A DNA stretch of 64,000 nt, taken from assembly GCF_009914755.1 (NCBI RefSeq), contig NC_060925.1, one strand, 5' to 3'. The stretch is from the human T2T-CHM13v2.0 reference genome, Homo sapiens. The position numbers and the translations under genes are program-made. Below the pieces are notes generated by a model. That model was not told where the DNA came from and made no database searches. It was given only the letters and a program-made list of their open reading frames with translations. Below, piece after piece: positions 13,242 to 27,029 of the stretch; within the stretch, counting starts at the first letter, position 1; the number at the start of each line of letters is the position of its first letter.

Positions 13242-14208
13242 TAAAGAAAATGCAAAAAGCAAGCATGTATTTGAAGAGTTTAAACTGAATTTTATTTGTG
13301 GGGTATTAGTGAAAGAATAAGAGACATATTTGAGATTCTTTCCTGCAATATGTTTGCCACTTTAAATTTATTTTGAGACATGAAAGTAAATTTGCTTTAA
13401 AGTATAGTAGGAACAGGCGAGGGAATTATGTATAGACTCTTTCCTTCATTGCATATACAAAAGTGAGGAGGAAGAGTTTTTCTGTCATTGCTCTTGTTTA
13501 CACACATGTGCACACACACACATGCATTCCCTGAGAGCCTCTGGAATAAATGTGACATTAAGTGGTGACGCAGAATTCAGAATTCAATTTCTAGCCAGAA
13601 GTTTTATGCAGAAACTATAGGTATATGTAAAAAAAAAAACAAAACAAAATCTCAGTAAAGAGTCTCCAGCCCAGAGTTAAAGCAGTCATGTTAGTTCCTT
13701 TATTTTACTTTATTCTGCATCTAACATCAGTAAACAAAGAGACCTACCAATGGGAATTAATTACCTAATCATAGAAAATACATGAAAGTGGTCAAACGCC
13801 ATGGTTGTCAAGCACAACACTCAACACATTTTCATTAAAGGAGGGCATTTGCCAGATACAATAGAGCCTGGAACTCCTAGGGGACTGAAAGACAATCAAC
13901 AAGGACTAATGAAAGCAGCTACAAGTTGGTAATAACCTCAAGTTTTAGAAGAATTAGGAAAAAAAACTTTAAAACCTGATTTTATAAACTTTGTTTTCCT
14001 TTGTCTGATTTTAACTCAATTCACAAATCCCTGTTCATGTTTTACTATCCTGTTAGGGGCTTTTTTACCCTGATTTAAACGTTTGTATCTTAGACTAGAA
14101 AACTGAAGATGGCTTTTGAAAGAATAAGGCCTTTATAAGTACCTATCAGAAAACTTTGGGCTATGTATCTCAAAACAAAAGGCTAACACCCTAAATTCAT
14201 TATTATAA

Positions 14209-14580
14209 TGTTGTAGCTTAAATGTTTGTGTCTCCCGACAATTCACACGTTAAATCTCTAACCTCCAGTGTGATGGTATTTGGAGATTGGGCCTTTGGGA
14301 GGTAATTAGGGATAGATAAGGTTGTGAAGGTAGGCTTTCATGATGGGATTAGTGCCCCTAGAAGAAGACACCAGAGAGCATGTTCTCTCAGATCTCTCCA
14401 TCTGCCACGAAATGACACATCAAGACGGAGGCTTCTGCAATCCAGGAAGAGAGCCCTCACCAGGAACTGAATTGACCAGTACTTGATCTTGAGCTCCTTA
14501 GTCTCTAGAAAATATATTTCTCTTGTTTTAGCCACCTCGTCTATAGTATTTTGTTACTGCAACTTAGGCAGACTAATAAT
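14209..14580 (+). mobile_element. MLT1A-type MaLR solo LTR
   Basis: aatgtttgtgtctccc...tgtgatggtatttggagattgggcctttgggaggtaattagg...gagccctcaccaggaac...tattttgttactgcaacttaggcagactaata. Confidence 0.88.
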
Positions 14581-14639
14581 ATGCATAGTCAATAAGAAAC
14601 TGATATAACACACAGGCTTTCTTGTTTAGGATGAAGAGA

Positions 14640-14812
14640 GCAGACTGGCCTTACCTTTGAATAACCCTAAGCAAGTTATCAACCTGTCTTAACCTACTTC
14701 TTCTTCTAAAAGATGGGAATAACAACACCAGCATCCTTCTAGTGTGTGAAAGTTCAAACAAAATGAAGCAAAATCTTCACAGAGTATCTGGCAAGTAGCA
14801 AAATCTAAATTA
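14640..14812 (+). mobile_element. MIR fragment
   Basis: Core gcaagttatcaacctgtcttaacc...ctaaaagatgggaataaca and 3' tatctggcaagtagca. Confidence 0.6.
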
Positions 14813-15089
14813 AGGTTGATTATTTGAGCCCATCCCCATCACTTCCATAAGAGGTAATAGGCTGCAAGTTCCATTCCTTATTTCTACCAGTACCTCACTG
14901 CACATTAAGAAATACTTTGCGTTTCTTTCTTTATGATGTGAAGAAGAATTATTTTACAATTCAAACAGATATTCTGAAATGTATTATCTCTTGGTTGGAA
15001 TATGATGGTACCCTTTTAAAATCTGGTTGTTTTTCGAAACCCTTGAAACAAAACTCTAAACCTGTCTGAATAATATACAAATAATTCAA

Positions 15090-15370
15090 TATAGTAAATA
15101 TTTTTTAATATTTGATATATGCTGGAAAAATTTTATCTGGGATGCTGTAGAGCATACATGGACGTCTTAAGATGGGGTCCTGTCCTCAAAAGGCCCAGAA
15201 TAGTGAAGGAAACAGACATGCAAATTAACATTTTATAGTATAATGACTACCGTCATAGTCAAAACCACAAGGCTTAGTGAAGACACAGAGGAAAGACTAG
15301 TCTGTTGTTCCTAGAGTAGACAGAAAAGGCACCTTACAGAAGGTGAAACTGTTAAGCAGATGAGTTTACC
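15090..15370 (-). mobile_element. L2 3' fragment
   Basis: aagatggggtcctgtcctcaaaaggcccagaatagtgaaggaaacagacatgcaaat resembles the reverse L2 3' end. Confidence 0.5.
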
Positions 15371-15984
15371 AGCATTACGTGAACTTTCTACCTTACTGCA
15401 AGAACCAACAGCAGCTAAACTAAAATGAATGAATTTGTGAAGGGTTCATTATATGCAACTCGCACACTGGATAGTCCATGTATGTTCTTTGTTTCAGCAT
15501 CCAACACAGGATACCACATTGCACTGAACAATATCACCAGCAAATTACAACCATTGTTACTACTGTTACCACTGTATTACTACTGTCACTACTATTACTA
15601 ATATTAATAAAAATAATAGTCCGTATCATGTGTATAGTGATTTACACATTTCATTCTAAATCTAACTTGTAGTCATCATTCTTCATTTAGTGCAAAATGA
15701 GGAAACTGATGTTCAAACTCAACAATTTGCAAAATCAATTCTTTGTTCATTACGAATAATAAGAAAACATCAATATCATTGATATGGCTTTCTTAAAAGT
15801 GATGAAGTAATAGAAAACAGGAAGCAATTCTACACCCTCCAGATGCTTCACACAACTTTCATCCTAGCTCCCACTGTACTTGTTCTTAACTACTTGAAAA
15901 AATTAGTTAACATTCTCATTTGCATCAATTAACATTCTGAGAACTCTAACAAATGCTGTTCATAAGCTGTGTTTATACTACATT

Positions 15985-17090
15985 GCTTTTCCTTTTTTCA
16001 CATTTTTAATTATGAAAGTAAAATATGCTCATTATAGGTAATTGAAAAATATAGACAGATATTCAGGGGATAAAAAATTAATCCATATCCTCAAAACCCA
16101 GAAATAACCACAGTTAACATTTGATGATATATTTCCTTCTAGCCCATTTTCCCTCTGTTTCTCTGCATTTGTATGTGTATTTTTCTTAGGAAATACACTT
16201 TTTATAAACAGATATGTTACCCTATATTAATATTTTAGTACACTTTTTGGAATAATTTTATATTTAAAAAACAGTTGCAAAGATAATATAGTGTTCTATA
16301 AACCCTTCACCTAGCTTCGCCTAAAATTAACATCTCACATAACTATGCTACATGTCTCCTTTGTCTCCTGATCTGTGACAGTTTCTCAGTCTTTCTTTGT
16401 TTTTTGTGGTCTTGACATCTTTGAAGAGGACTGGTTAGGTATTACCCAGGGTGTCCCTCAGTTTGGACTTTTTTGATGTTTTCTCATGATTAGAGCCCTT
16501 CTAACCACCAGTATATCAGAGAGTACATGATAGTAGCATAATTCATCATTGGTGAAGTTAATCTTGATCACTTGGTCAAGGTAGTGTGTGTCAGTTTCTA
16601 AACTTCCTTTGTCATCCTTTGTTTTTAGTGAGTCACTACAGCCAGCTTACCCTAAAGACAAAGGTGAGCTTAATAAAGCTGCATATCCTAGAGGAGTAGC
16701 TACACATATTATTTGAAATTCTTCTGTAATGATGATTTGCCTTTTGCCTCTTGTCTCCCATTCATATATTTTTTCTATTATTTACTAACATCAATGTGGA
16801 CACCTAAAGGTTTATTTTATACTTTGGGTTATATTGTGTTATTTTATTGCTCAAAACTATCCCAATTTGGCCATTGAGAGCTCTTTCATGTGGCTCTTGT
16901 GTCTTTTTGAAATGTCCCATTTCCACATTTTTTTGGTTTATGATTATTTCTTTACTTTCTGGCACTACGCGATGCTTCATGCTTGTCACCCCAACCCTCG
17001 AATTAGCCATTTCTCCAAGGAGCATCATAAGTTAGGCTCATTCCATTTCTTTATCAAAGAATGGTATTAGACATTTAAGATCTGAGTTCT
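15985..17090 (-). mobile_element. Old L1 3'UTR remnants (L1ME then L1MC-type)
   Basis: cccagaaataaccacagttaacatttg; acagttgcaaagataatatag; tttggccattgagagctctttc; aattagccatttctccaaggagc. Confidence 0.7.
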
Positions 17091-17257
17091 GGGTTTTATA
17101 TTATCCTTTAAGTGGAAACAATATCCAGTAACCCAATAAAGTATTCACCAAGTTTATTTTAGCATAAGCAAGCATGAAATTGAACAGCCTATTGCTTGAT
17201 TTGACCTACAATTTGTGTTTCTCTAATTTTTCTTCACCAAAAGTATAATATGCACAC

Positions 17258-17500
17258 CATAGTGTATTGCTTAAGAGCCTGGACTCTGAAACCAGAGTCA
17301 AGGTTCACCTATTTGACGTGTGACATTGGGCAAGTTTCTTTATCTTATTGTACCTCAGTTCTATCATCTAGAGAACAGAATGAGTAATAAAGTATGCACC
17401 TCACCCGGCAATTGTGAGAGTTTAAATAAGTTATTATTTGCAACGTACTTAGAATGGTGCCTGGAACTCAGTAATTACTATGTAAATACTGGTTGTTATG
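17258..17500 (+). mobile_element. MIR
   Basis: ttaagagcctggactctgaaaccaga, gtgtgacattgggcaagtttctttatctt..tgtacctcagtt, cttagaatggtgcctggaactcagtaa. Confidence 0.85.
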
Positions 17501-17739
17501 ATTGCTATTCTGACAACTTTAACCAGAATTCTGATACTGAAAAGGCAACATCCAATAATAGCCAACACTTACTGAGCCTGTCTTATGAGAAAGACACTCA
17601 TTAATCCTATTTATAAGGTATATCTTATTTTTTTAAAAAATGTATATTATTAATTTTTATCTTACTTTTTTTAGTATGCACATATTAAACTATATTTTAT
17701 CTCATGTTTATATTCAATTTCTCATCAAATCTTTAAGAG

Positions 17740-18055
17740 TAGGTGGAGTACACAAGATTTTTAGAATAGTAAAACTACTGTGAATGATACTATAATGGTG
17801 GGTACATGTTTTATTACACATTCATTCAAACCCATAGAAGGTACAATACCAAGAGTGAACTCTGATATAAACTAGGGACTCTGGGTGATATTGATGTGTC
17901 AATATAAATTCACTAGTTGTAACAAATTACCACTCTGGTGGGGAATATTAGTAACGGGGGAGACTATGCGTGTGTGGGAGCAGGGTTTTAGGAAATCTCT
18001 GTACCTTCTGCTCAGTTTTGCAATAAACCTCAAACTGCTTCAAAAAAAAAAGTAT
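17740..18055 (+). mobile_element. L1MC1/2-type 3' end
   Basis: caaacccatagaaggtacaataccaagagtgaac...ttgtaacaaattaccactctggtgggg...ggaaatctctgtaccttctgctcagttttg plus A-rich end. Confidence 0.85.
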
Positions 18056-18076
18056 GCCTTTTTAAAAAAACCAGTA

Positions 18077-18641
18077 TGTGTTACAGCATCTCCAAGATGG
18101 CCTCCATAAAGTCCTCCTCTAACTGTATATGTATGCTACTTCTCACTTTAAAAAGTAGAATCGAATTCCCCTTCCCCTGAATTTGGAACTTTGTTAGTGA
18201 CTTATCTAACCAAAAGAATGTAGCAGAAGTAACATTCTTAAACTTTCAAAACTAAGTTTTATAAGAAGCATTGGCATTTACACCTGGGTATCTAGGAACA
18301 CTTATTTTGGAAATGACTCTTCTCAGAACTAAGCTGTCATGCCTTAGAAGCCTAAGCTGCATGGAGAGACCAAAACGTAAGGCTTACAAGTTGACAGCTC
18401 CAATTGAGTTATCAGCTGACAGCCAGCATCAATTTCCAGCCCTCCTGGATTCCCAAGCTAATCAAACCCCTAATGATTGCAGACCCAGTTGACATCTGAT
18501 GCCACCTCATGACAGCTTCAAAGGAAAAACTGCACACCAAATCTGGTGAATCTACAGAATTATCAACAATACTATTAAATTATTGCTTTAAGCCACAAAG
18601 TTTTTGAGTAGTTTGCTATGGAAAAATAAATGACCAGAATA
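18077..18641 (+). mobile_element. MLT1G/H-type MaLR LTR
   Basis: ctccaagatggcctcc, agaatgtagcagaagtaaca, cagctgacagccagcatcaa, ttgctttaagccacaaagttttt. Confidence 0.8.
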
Positions 18642-18911
18642 TGATGTCTTTTTTTTTTTTACACTTGGTCATTGGTGAGAAACTTAGTTCACACAAGTAA
18701 AGGTAGCAAATATCGAAGATTATTAATAGCTTTATGACTGATGGATAAAATTCTCACCATTGCCAAAATTTAAGTCATTTACTTTCTTTAACTTATACAT
18801 CATAAAATCTAATAGTTCTTTTTTTATTCGTTGACCAATGTAATTTTAGAAAAATATTATGAAAATGTGATTGGATTTAAGACCAATACAGCTTCTTATA
18901 TCAAGTATTTC

Positions 18912-21900
18912 TTTCTTTCATCTTTTAAGTTCTGGGGTACATGTGCAGGTTTGTTACATAGGTAAACATGTGTCATGGGGGTTCGTTGTGCAGATTATTT
19001 AATCATCCAGGTATTAAGCCTAGTACCTATTAGTTATTTTTTCTGATCCTCTCCCTCTTCCCATTCTTCACCCTCCAATAGGCCCTATTGTGTGTTGTTT
19101 CCCTCTACGTATCGAAGTGTTCTCATTATTTAGCTCCCGCTTGTAAGTGAGAACATGCAATATTTGGTTTTCTGTCCCTGTGTTAGTTTGCTAAGGATAA
19201 TGGCCTCAAACTCCATCCATGTCCTTGCAAAGGATATGATCTCATTCTTTTTTATTGCTGCATAGTATTCCATGGTGTATATGTACCACTGTTTTGTGTT
19301 TTTCTTTTTTTTTTATCTAGTCTATCATTGATGGGCATTTAGGTTGATTCCCTGAGTTTGCTACAATAAATAGTGCTACAATAAACATGCATGTGCCTGT
19401 GTCTTTATAATAAAACTCTTTATATTCCTTTGGGTATATACCCTGTAATGGGATTGCTGAGTTAAACGGTATTTCTGTCTTTAGGTTTTTGAGGAATTGC
19501 TACACTGTCTTCCACAATGGTTGAACTAATTTACACTTCCACCAACAGTGTATAAGCATTCCTTTTCCTCCACAAATGGAGCAGCATGTGTTATTTTTGA
19601 CTTTTTAATAATAACCATTCTGACTGGCATGAGATGGTACCTCACTGTGGTTTTAATCTGCATTTCTCTAATGATCAGTAATGTTGGGCTTTATTTCATA
19701 TTATTGTTGGCCACATGTATGTCTTCTTTTGAGAAGGACATGTCTGTTCATGTCCTTCGCCCACTTTTTAATGGGGTTGTTTGTTTTTTTCTTGTAAATT
19801 TGTTTAAGTTCCTTGTAGATGCTGGATATTAGACCTTTGTTGAATGGATAGATTGCAAAAATGTTCTCTCCTACTGTAGGCTGTCTGTTTACTCTGTTGA
19901 TTTTTTTTTTCTCTGCAGAAAGTCTTTAGTTTCATTAGATCTCATTTGTCAATTTTGGGGTTTTTTTGTAATTGCTTTAGGCATTTTCCTCATGAAATCT
20001 TTGCCCATGCCCATGCCCATGTCCTGAATGATATTGCCTAGGTTGTCTTCCAAGGTTTTTTATACTTTTGGGTTTTACATTTAAGTCCTTAATCCATTTG
20101 GAGTTAATTTTTGTATATGGTGTACGGAAGGGATCCAGTTTCAATCTTCTGCATATGGCTAGCCAGTTATCCCAGCACCTTTTATTGAATAGAGAATACT
20201 TTCCCCATTGCTTGTTTTGGCCAAGTTTGTCAAAGATCAGATAGTTTTAGGCATTTCTTCTTATTTATGGACTATCTATTTTGTTTCATTGGTCTATGTG
20301 TCAGTTCTTATACCAGTACCATACTGTTTTGTTACTGTAACCCTTTAGTATAGTTTGAAGTTGAGTAGCATGATGCCTCTAGCTTTTTCTGTTTTTCTTA
20401 GGATTGCCTGGATATTTGGGCTCTTTTTTGGTTCCATATGAATTTTAAAATAGTTTTTTTTTTCTAGCTCTGTGAAGAATATCTATGGTAGTTTAATGGG
20501 AATAGCATTGAATCTACGAGTTACTTTGGGAAGTATGGCTATTTTAATGATATCGATTCTTCTTATCCATGAGCACGAAATCTTATTCTGTTTGTGTCAT
20601 ATCTAATTTCTTTAATCAGTGGCTTGTAGTTCTCCTTGTAGAGAACATCAATGTTCATCTTTCACCACCCTAGTTAGCTGGATTCCTAGGCATTTTATTC
20701 TTTTTGTGGCAGTTGTGAATGGGAGTTTGTTCATGATTTGGCTGTTGGCTTGACTTTTGTTGGTATAGAAGAATGCTAGCAATATTTGCACATTAATTTT
20801 GTATCCTGAGACTGCTGAAGTTGCTTATCAGCTTCAGAAGCTTTTGTGCTGAGACAGCGGGGTTTTCTAGATATAGGATCATGTCATCTGCAAACAGGGA
20901 TAATTTGGCTTCTTCTCTTCCTATTTGAATGGACTTATTTTTCTCTCTTGCCTGATTTCCCTGGCCAGAGTTTCCCATACTATGTTGACTAGAATCAGTG
21001 AGAGTATCCTTGTCTTGTGCTGTTTTTTTTAGGGAAATGCTTCCAGCTTGTCCCCATTCAGTGTGATGTTGTCTGTGGTTTGTCATATATGGCTCTTATT
21101 ATTTTGAGATATGTTCCTTCAGTACCTAGTTTATTGAAAGTTTTACCATGAAGTGACGTTGAATTTTATCAAAAGCTTTTTCTACATCTATTGAGATAAT
21201 TATATGTTTTTTGTCTTTAGTTCTGTTTATGTGATGAATTACATTTATTGACTTGTATATGTTGAACCATCCTTGCATCCCAGGGATGAAGCCTACTTTA
21301 TCATGGTGAATAAGCTTTTTGATGTACTGCTGAATTTGGTTTTTCAGTATTTTGTTGAGGATTTTTGCATCGATGTTCATCAAGGATATTGGCCTGAAGT
21401 TTTCTTTTTTAGTAGCAAGCTGGATAAAGAACCAAGACCTATTCATATGCTGTCTTCAAGAGACCCATTTCACATGCAATTACACATATAGGCTCAAAAT
21501 AAAGGGATGGAGGAAAATCTACCCAGCAAGTGGAAAACAGAAAAAAGCAGGGGTTGCAATCCTAGTTTTGGACAAAAAAGACTCTAAACCAACAAAGATC
21601 AAAGAAGACAAAGAACATTACATAGTGGTAAAGGGTTTAATTCAACAAGAAGAACTAACTATCCTAAATATATATGCACCCAACACAGAAACACCCAGAT
21701 TCATAATGCAGGTTCTTAGAGACCTTCAAAATTTTAACTCCCATATAATAACAATGGGAGACTTTAACCCCCCACTGACAATATTAGACAGATCATCAAG
21801 GCAGAAAATTAAGATATTTAGGACATGAACTCAGCCCTAGGTCAAATGAACTTGATATACATCTACAGATCTCTCTACCCCAAAACAAAAGATTACATAT

Positions 21901-23175
21901 TCTTCTCATCACTGCATAGCACTTACTCAAAAATCAATCACATAATCAGAGGTAAAACACTCCTCAGCAAATGCAAAAGAAATAAAACCATAACAAACAG
22001 TCTCTCAGGCCACAGTACAATCAAATTAGAACTCAAGACTAAGGAACTCACTCAGAAAACCAGGCACAGTGGCTCACACCTGTAATCCCAGCACTTCGGG
22101 AGGCCAAGGTGGGCAGATCACTTGAGGTCAGGGGTTCAAGACGAGACTGGCAAACATGGCAAAACCCCACCTCTAGTAAAAATACAAAAATTAGCCTGGT
22201 ATGGTGGCAGGCACCTGTAATCCCAGCTACTCAGGTTGCTGAGTTAGGAGACTTGCCTGAACCCAGGAGGCAGAGGTTGCAGTGAGTCGAGATCATGCCA
22301 CTGCACTCCAGCCTGGGTGACAGGGTGACACTCCATCTGAAAAAATAAAAATAACAAAAGAAACTCATGCAAAACCATACAATTACATGAAGATTGAATA
22401 ACCTGCTTCTGAATGACTTTGGGGTAAATAATAAAACTAAGGCAGAAATCAAGAAGTTCCTTGAAACTAATGAGAACAAAGCTACATTCTATCAGAATCT
22501 CTGGGACATAGCTAAGACAGTGTTAAGAGGAAAATTTATAGCACTAAATGCCTCCATCAAAAAATTAGAAAGATCTCAAGTTAACAACTTAACATCATAA
22601 CTAAAAGAACTAGAGAACCAAGAGCAAACAAATCCCAAAGCTAGCAGAAGACAAGAAATAGTCCAAATCAGAGCTGAACTGAAAGTGACAGAAAAAAATT
22701 CAAAAGATCAACAAATCCTGGAGCTTGTTTTTTTGAAAAAATTAATAAAATAGACTGCTATCTAAACTAATAAAGGAGAAATAATGTTCAAATAAATACA
22801 ATCAGAAATGATAAGGAGGATATTACCACTGACCCCACAGAAATACAAACAACTATCAGAGAACATTATTAACATCTCTATGCACATAACCTACAAAATC
22901 TAGATGAAATAAATAAATTTCCAGGCACATACACCCTCCTAAGACTCAACCAGAAAGAAACTGAATCCCTGAACAGACCAATAACAAGTTCTGAAACTGA
23001 AACAGTAATAAATAGCTACCAACAAAAAAAGCCCAGGACCAGATGGATTCACAACTGAATTCTACCAGATGTACAAAGAAGAGTTGGTACCATTCCTACT
23101 GAAGCCATTCCAAATAATTGAAAAGGAGAGGCTCCTCCCTAACTCATTCTATTAGGCCAGCATCATCCTAATATC
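18912..23175 (-). mobile_element. 5'-truncated, 5'-inverted L1 (L1PA12/13-like): 18912-21410 on minus, 21411-23175 inverted (plus)
   Basis: Reverse L1 3'UTR and RT (FADDM in ORF 20793-21086); switch at ~21410 to forward endonuclease sequence; TSD atat(c/t)aagtatttc at 18898-18911 and 23176-23189. Confidence 0.93.
22059..22357 (+). mobile_element. AluS (Sx/Sz-like) inserted in the inverted L1 segment
   Basis: ccaggcacagtggctcacacctgtaatccc ... A-rich tail; decayed TSD aaggaactcactcagaa / aagaaactcatgcaaaa; L1 resumes in register. Confidence 0.93.
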
Positions 23176-24264
23176 ATATTAAGTATTTCAAAATAATGAT
23201 AAAGCTGTTGCTATGTACAGCCAAATGTTGCCCTACCAGACTTTATTATGGCTCAAATTGCAGTATGAAATAAATATCATCAGTACATAATTTTTCCCTC
23301 TATGTTTTCCATATTTAATTTTCATTTTGAATCCATAAACTCAATATATGTTAATACCTCCATGGGATTCTTGCCATTTTTTAGTAAGTTCCTTTAAGAG
23401 ATCAATAATGTAAAGTTTAGCAAGCTAGTAACTATGCTTCAAAAATATCCAAGGTGAGAATCATTCAAAAAAAGTGTTCTTGATTCTTCAAGCTTACAAG
23501 TTCTTGACAAAAGTGTTTCTTTGGATGAGCAACACAATTCAGTATGAAACAGCAGAGAATGGTGTCTGATCTCATTTCTTCATATAAAGCTAAAAAGAGA
23601 TAAGATGGGATAGCTCAGATTTTATTAGATTTATTATTTTGATAACGTCATTTAATGTGGAATTCTGATCTACAGCAAATGTTTCCATGTCTCTGTGAAG
23701 AAAATAATGTATTTCTTGAATCTTAAGGTTTGTAATATGAACCATATCCAAAAGCCTTTACAATTGCTATCACTGTTTCTTCACTATCAGGACACACAGA
23801 TTTATGTAGAGTTTCTGTAATATCTGGTTTATATCAAATGATTAACTTATCAATTTAAATATTTCATCCCTAGTAGGTTTTTTTTTTGTATTTTATGGAA
23901 CAAATACAGTTCTTCAAAGAGTTTCTCTTGAGGGATTCTCACTACTAACATTACTTAAGTACTATTCAATCTGCAATGAAACATTTTTAATCTAAAAATA
24001 TTCTGAATTAAAGTTATTTCCCTGTCATCAAACATGTCATCAAAGTGTCTATTAATTGCATTAATCAAAAAATTGCACATTTTCTTTTTCCTTTGCATAT
24101 TGATCCCACGTATTGCATTAGCAGTTTAGAGGCAGGCTGTGAAAACAAAAAGTCTGCGATTGTGTGAGGAATTCTATATTAGGACATTACAGATCTTTGT
24201 AATTAGTTCTTTGGGCATAATCACATACTGTATAAATGATTTTATAAAACAAATTTGATTTTTG

Positions 24265-25650
24265 ATCATTTATTCAATACAGATTTAAAGAGAACCTAGT
24301 ATGTGTCAGGCACAGTTCTTTCTCAGTAACACAAACATACAAAGATCCCTGTTTTGGATAGGATTATATTTCAACAGGGCAAGGTAGACAGTAAACTAAA
24401 TAAATAATGGAAATTAAATTACCTTATACATTTAAACATTATACATTAGTTTGCTAGGGCTGTCATAACAAAGTACCACAAAACTGGGTGTCTTAAACAA
24501 TAGAAACGTATTTTCTAACAGCTCTAGAAATTCAAGATCAAGGTGTTAGCAGGGTTGGTTCCTTCTAAGGGCTATGAGGAAGAATCTGTTCCTTACCTCT
24601 TCCCTAGTTTCTGATGGTTTCTTGGCAATCTTTGTCATTCCTTGGTCTGAGAATGCATCACCTTAATCTCTGTCTTCATCTTTGTATGATGTTCTTTTCT
24701 GTATGTATGTGTCTGAATTTCCTTTCCATAATGATACCAGCCACATTGGATTAGAAGCCCACCTTACTCCACTATGACCTCATCTTAACTAATTACATCT
24801 GCAGTTAACTTGTTTCCAAATAATATCACATTCTAAAGCAATGGAGGTTAGAAATTCAACTTTTAAATTTTGGGAGGGGCACAATTCAACTGTTAACAGA
24901 TGATATGTGCTATGGAAAAAAGAAAAAGTAGATCAGAATGAAGGGATGAGGTGAGAGAGACAGTTTGCAACGTCAAGCAGAATGATTTGATTGGGCCTTA
25001 CAAGGAAAATTTAAGAAAGAACTGACGTATGTAGTAGAGAAAATTTGCCAAGCAGGTATCTAGGGAAAGAGCCTTCCAGGCACATGGAAAAGCAATGGAA
25101 AAGTACCTTGGGCCAAAGCTTTTCCCTAAGTTTGAGAAATAGCAGGGAAACCAGTGTGGTTGTAGTGGAGCATGTGACAGATGAGAGAAGCAGAAGAGGA
25201 AGTCAGAAAGAGAATGAACGGCCAAGTCATGTAAAGCTTGGCAGGCCCCTGTAAATTTTTACTCCTACTTTGAGTAATAGAGAGTCAAGGTAGATATTGA
25301 AAAGAGTGACATCAACTGACCTTGTTTTACAAGGGCCACTCTGACTGCTGTGGAGAGACTAGACTCTTGGTAGGTAAGGACAGCAACAGAAACATCTGTT
25401 AGGAGCCACTTAAATAATTCAAACACAAGATGGTGGATTCTAGGACCAGATTAACAGCAATAGAAGCATGAAAAGTCATAGAAGCCTGTGTTTATTTTTG
25501 AAGTGGAGCTTATAAGCTTTCCTGACAGATTATAATTGCATGTGAATAAAAAAGACAATTCAGGGATAACCCTGTGGTTGTTGAGTGTGCAACTGGAAAG
25601 AAGGGGTTGCTATCAACTCAGTGAGGGAAGGCTGTTGGTGACACAGGTAT
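24265..25650 (-). mobile_element. L2a remnant, interrupted by an MLT1C LTR
   Basis: catttattcaa...atgtgtcaggcacagttct 3' end; continues after 24898 with agagccttccaggcacatggaaaagca, agggaaaccagtgtggttgtagtggag, ccactctgactgctgtggagagactagact. Confidence 0.78.
24442..24898 (-). mobile_element. MLT1C-type MaLR solo LTR
   Basis: attagtttgctagggctgtcataacaaagtaccacaaaactgggtgtcttaaacaa...aagatcaaggtgttagcagggttggttcc...ggggcacaattcaactgttaaca. Confidence 0.9.
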
Positions 25651-25661
25651 GCAGCATTTTC

Positions 25662-26258
25662 TGTTTAGCCAGCCTCTGAAAAAATTTTGAATGACTGCAC
25701 CTCATGGAAACCAAGTGATTTTATAATATCCTCCCCTTCAGTGTGGCTTGCATCTAGTGACCTGTTTTGATGAATATATTACAGCAAAGTAATAGGATGT
25801 CAATTCCGATATTAAGTTAGAAAAATACTGTGAGTTTGGTCTTGGATTCTCTCTCCCTTGTTTTCTAACTCTCTCTCACCCTCTTAGGGAAGCCAGCTGT
25901 CATTATGCGAGCTCTGCTCTCAAGAGGCTCAGGTGGTAGGGAACTAAGTGAGGCCTCTGACTAAGGGCCAGTGAGGAACTGAGGCTTTAGTCTAACAGAC
26001 CACAAGGAAGTGAATCCTGCCAACAACCACGGAGTAGATCTAGAAGTGAATCTTCCTTCATCAAGCTTGCAGAAAAGACCACAGCCCTGATCCAAAGTTT
26101 GGTTTCAGTCAAGCTCATGAGTGACCTTGAGCCAGAGAACTCAGTTAAGCCATGCCTGAATTCCCAACCCACAGAAATTGTGAGAACATAAATGTTTGTT
26201 GTTTTAAGTCACTAAATTTCGGCATAATTTGTCTGCAACAATAAATAAGCTAAATACT
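25662..26258 (+). mobile_element. MLT1F-type MaLR LTR
   Basis: gggaagccagctgtcatt, gccagtgaggaactgaggc, tgaatcctgccaacaaccac, cccacagaaattgtgagaacataaatgtttgttgttttaagtcactaa. Confidence 0.85.
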
Positions 26259-27029
26259 ATTTCTTTAAAGTAACAAATATTTATTGAGAAAAGTAAATGC
26301 CTTAAGGTAAGATGCCAAAAATTTTCTTATAACATTGATTCACTTTCCACTATTTCATGCAAAAATATTTCAGGTGAGGAAGGAAAGAAATATAGAACCT
26401 CTCTAATGCGTTTTTAAGAAAATTCTCATTATATTACTTAATGAGAACTTATTTTTGTACTATTGTGTTTATTTTGGGAGTATGATTGTTTTCCACTTTT
26501 AATCAAAAAGTTGTCTATTAAGATGCAAAAATATATGTCTATAAAAATCAACTTAAAATATTTAGAGGGAATATAGGCTATAAAAACTCCAAATGATTTA
26601 CTTTAAAATTATTACATTATATCATCTGTATTTTTAAGAAAATTTAAAATATGAGGACTTAAACATACACTAAGCAAAACAGGAAGTAATAAACATTAAT
26701 TTTACTTATTTAAACAATTACAATTCTGGAAATATTACATTATGGAAATATTATTGATAGTCATGTATAACCACATATATTAGCTTCTGTACATGTAGTG
26801 GCTTATAGTCCCTTTTTACAGAATTAGTTGAATTTTATTTAGCTACTATTAGGTGAGTGTAAATGTAGTCGTGGTTTTTGCATTGTTGGAATTTGCCATT
26901 TGATATTGGAATACATTCTTAAATAAATGTAGTTATGTTATACATTATTATAATGGGCATTTCTCGCTTTATTTTATTTTTTTGCTAAAGACTTATTACT
27001 TGCTGTTTATTTTATGTTTATTTCAGACA

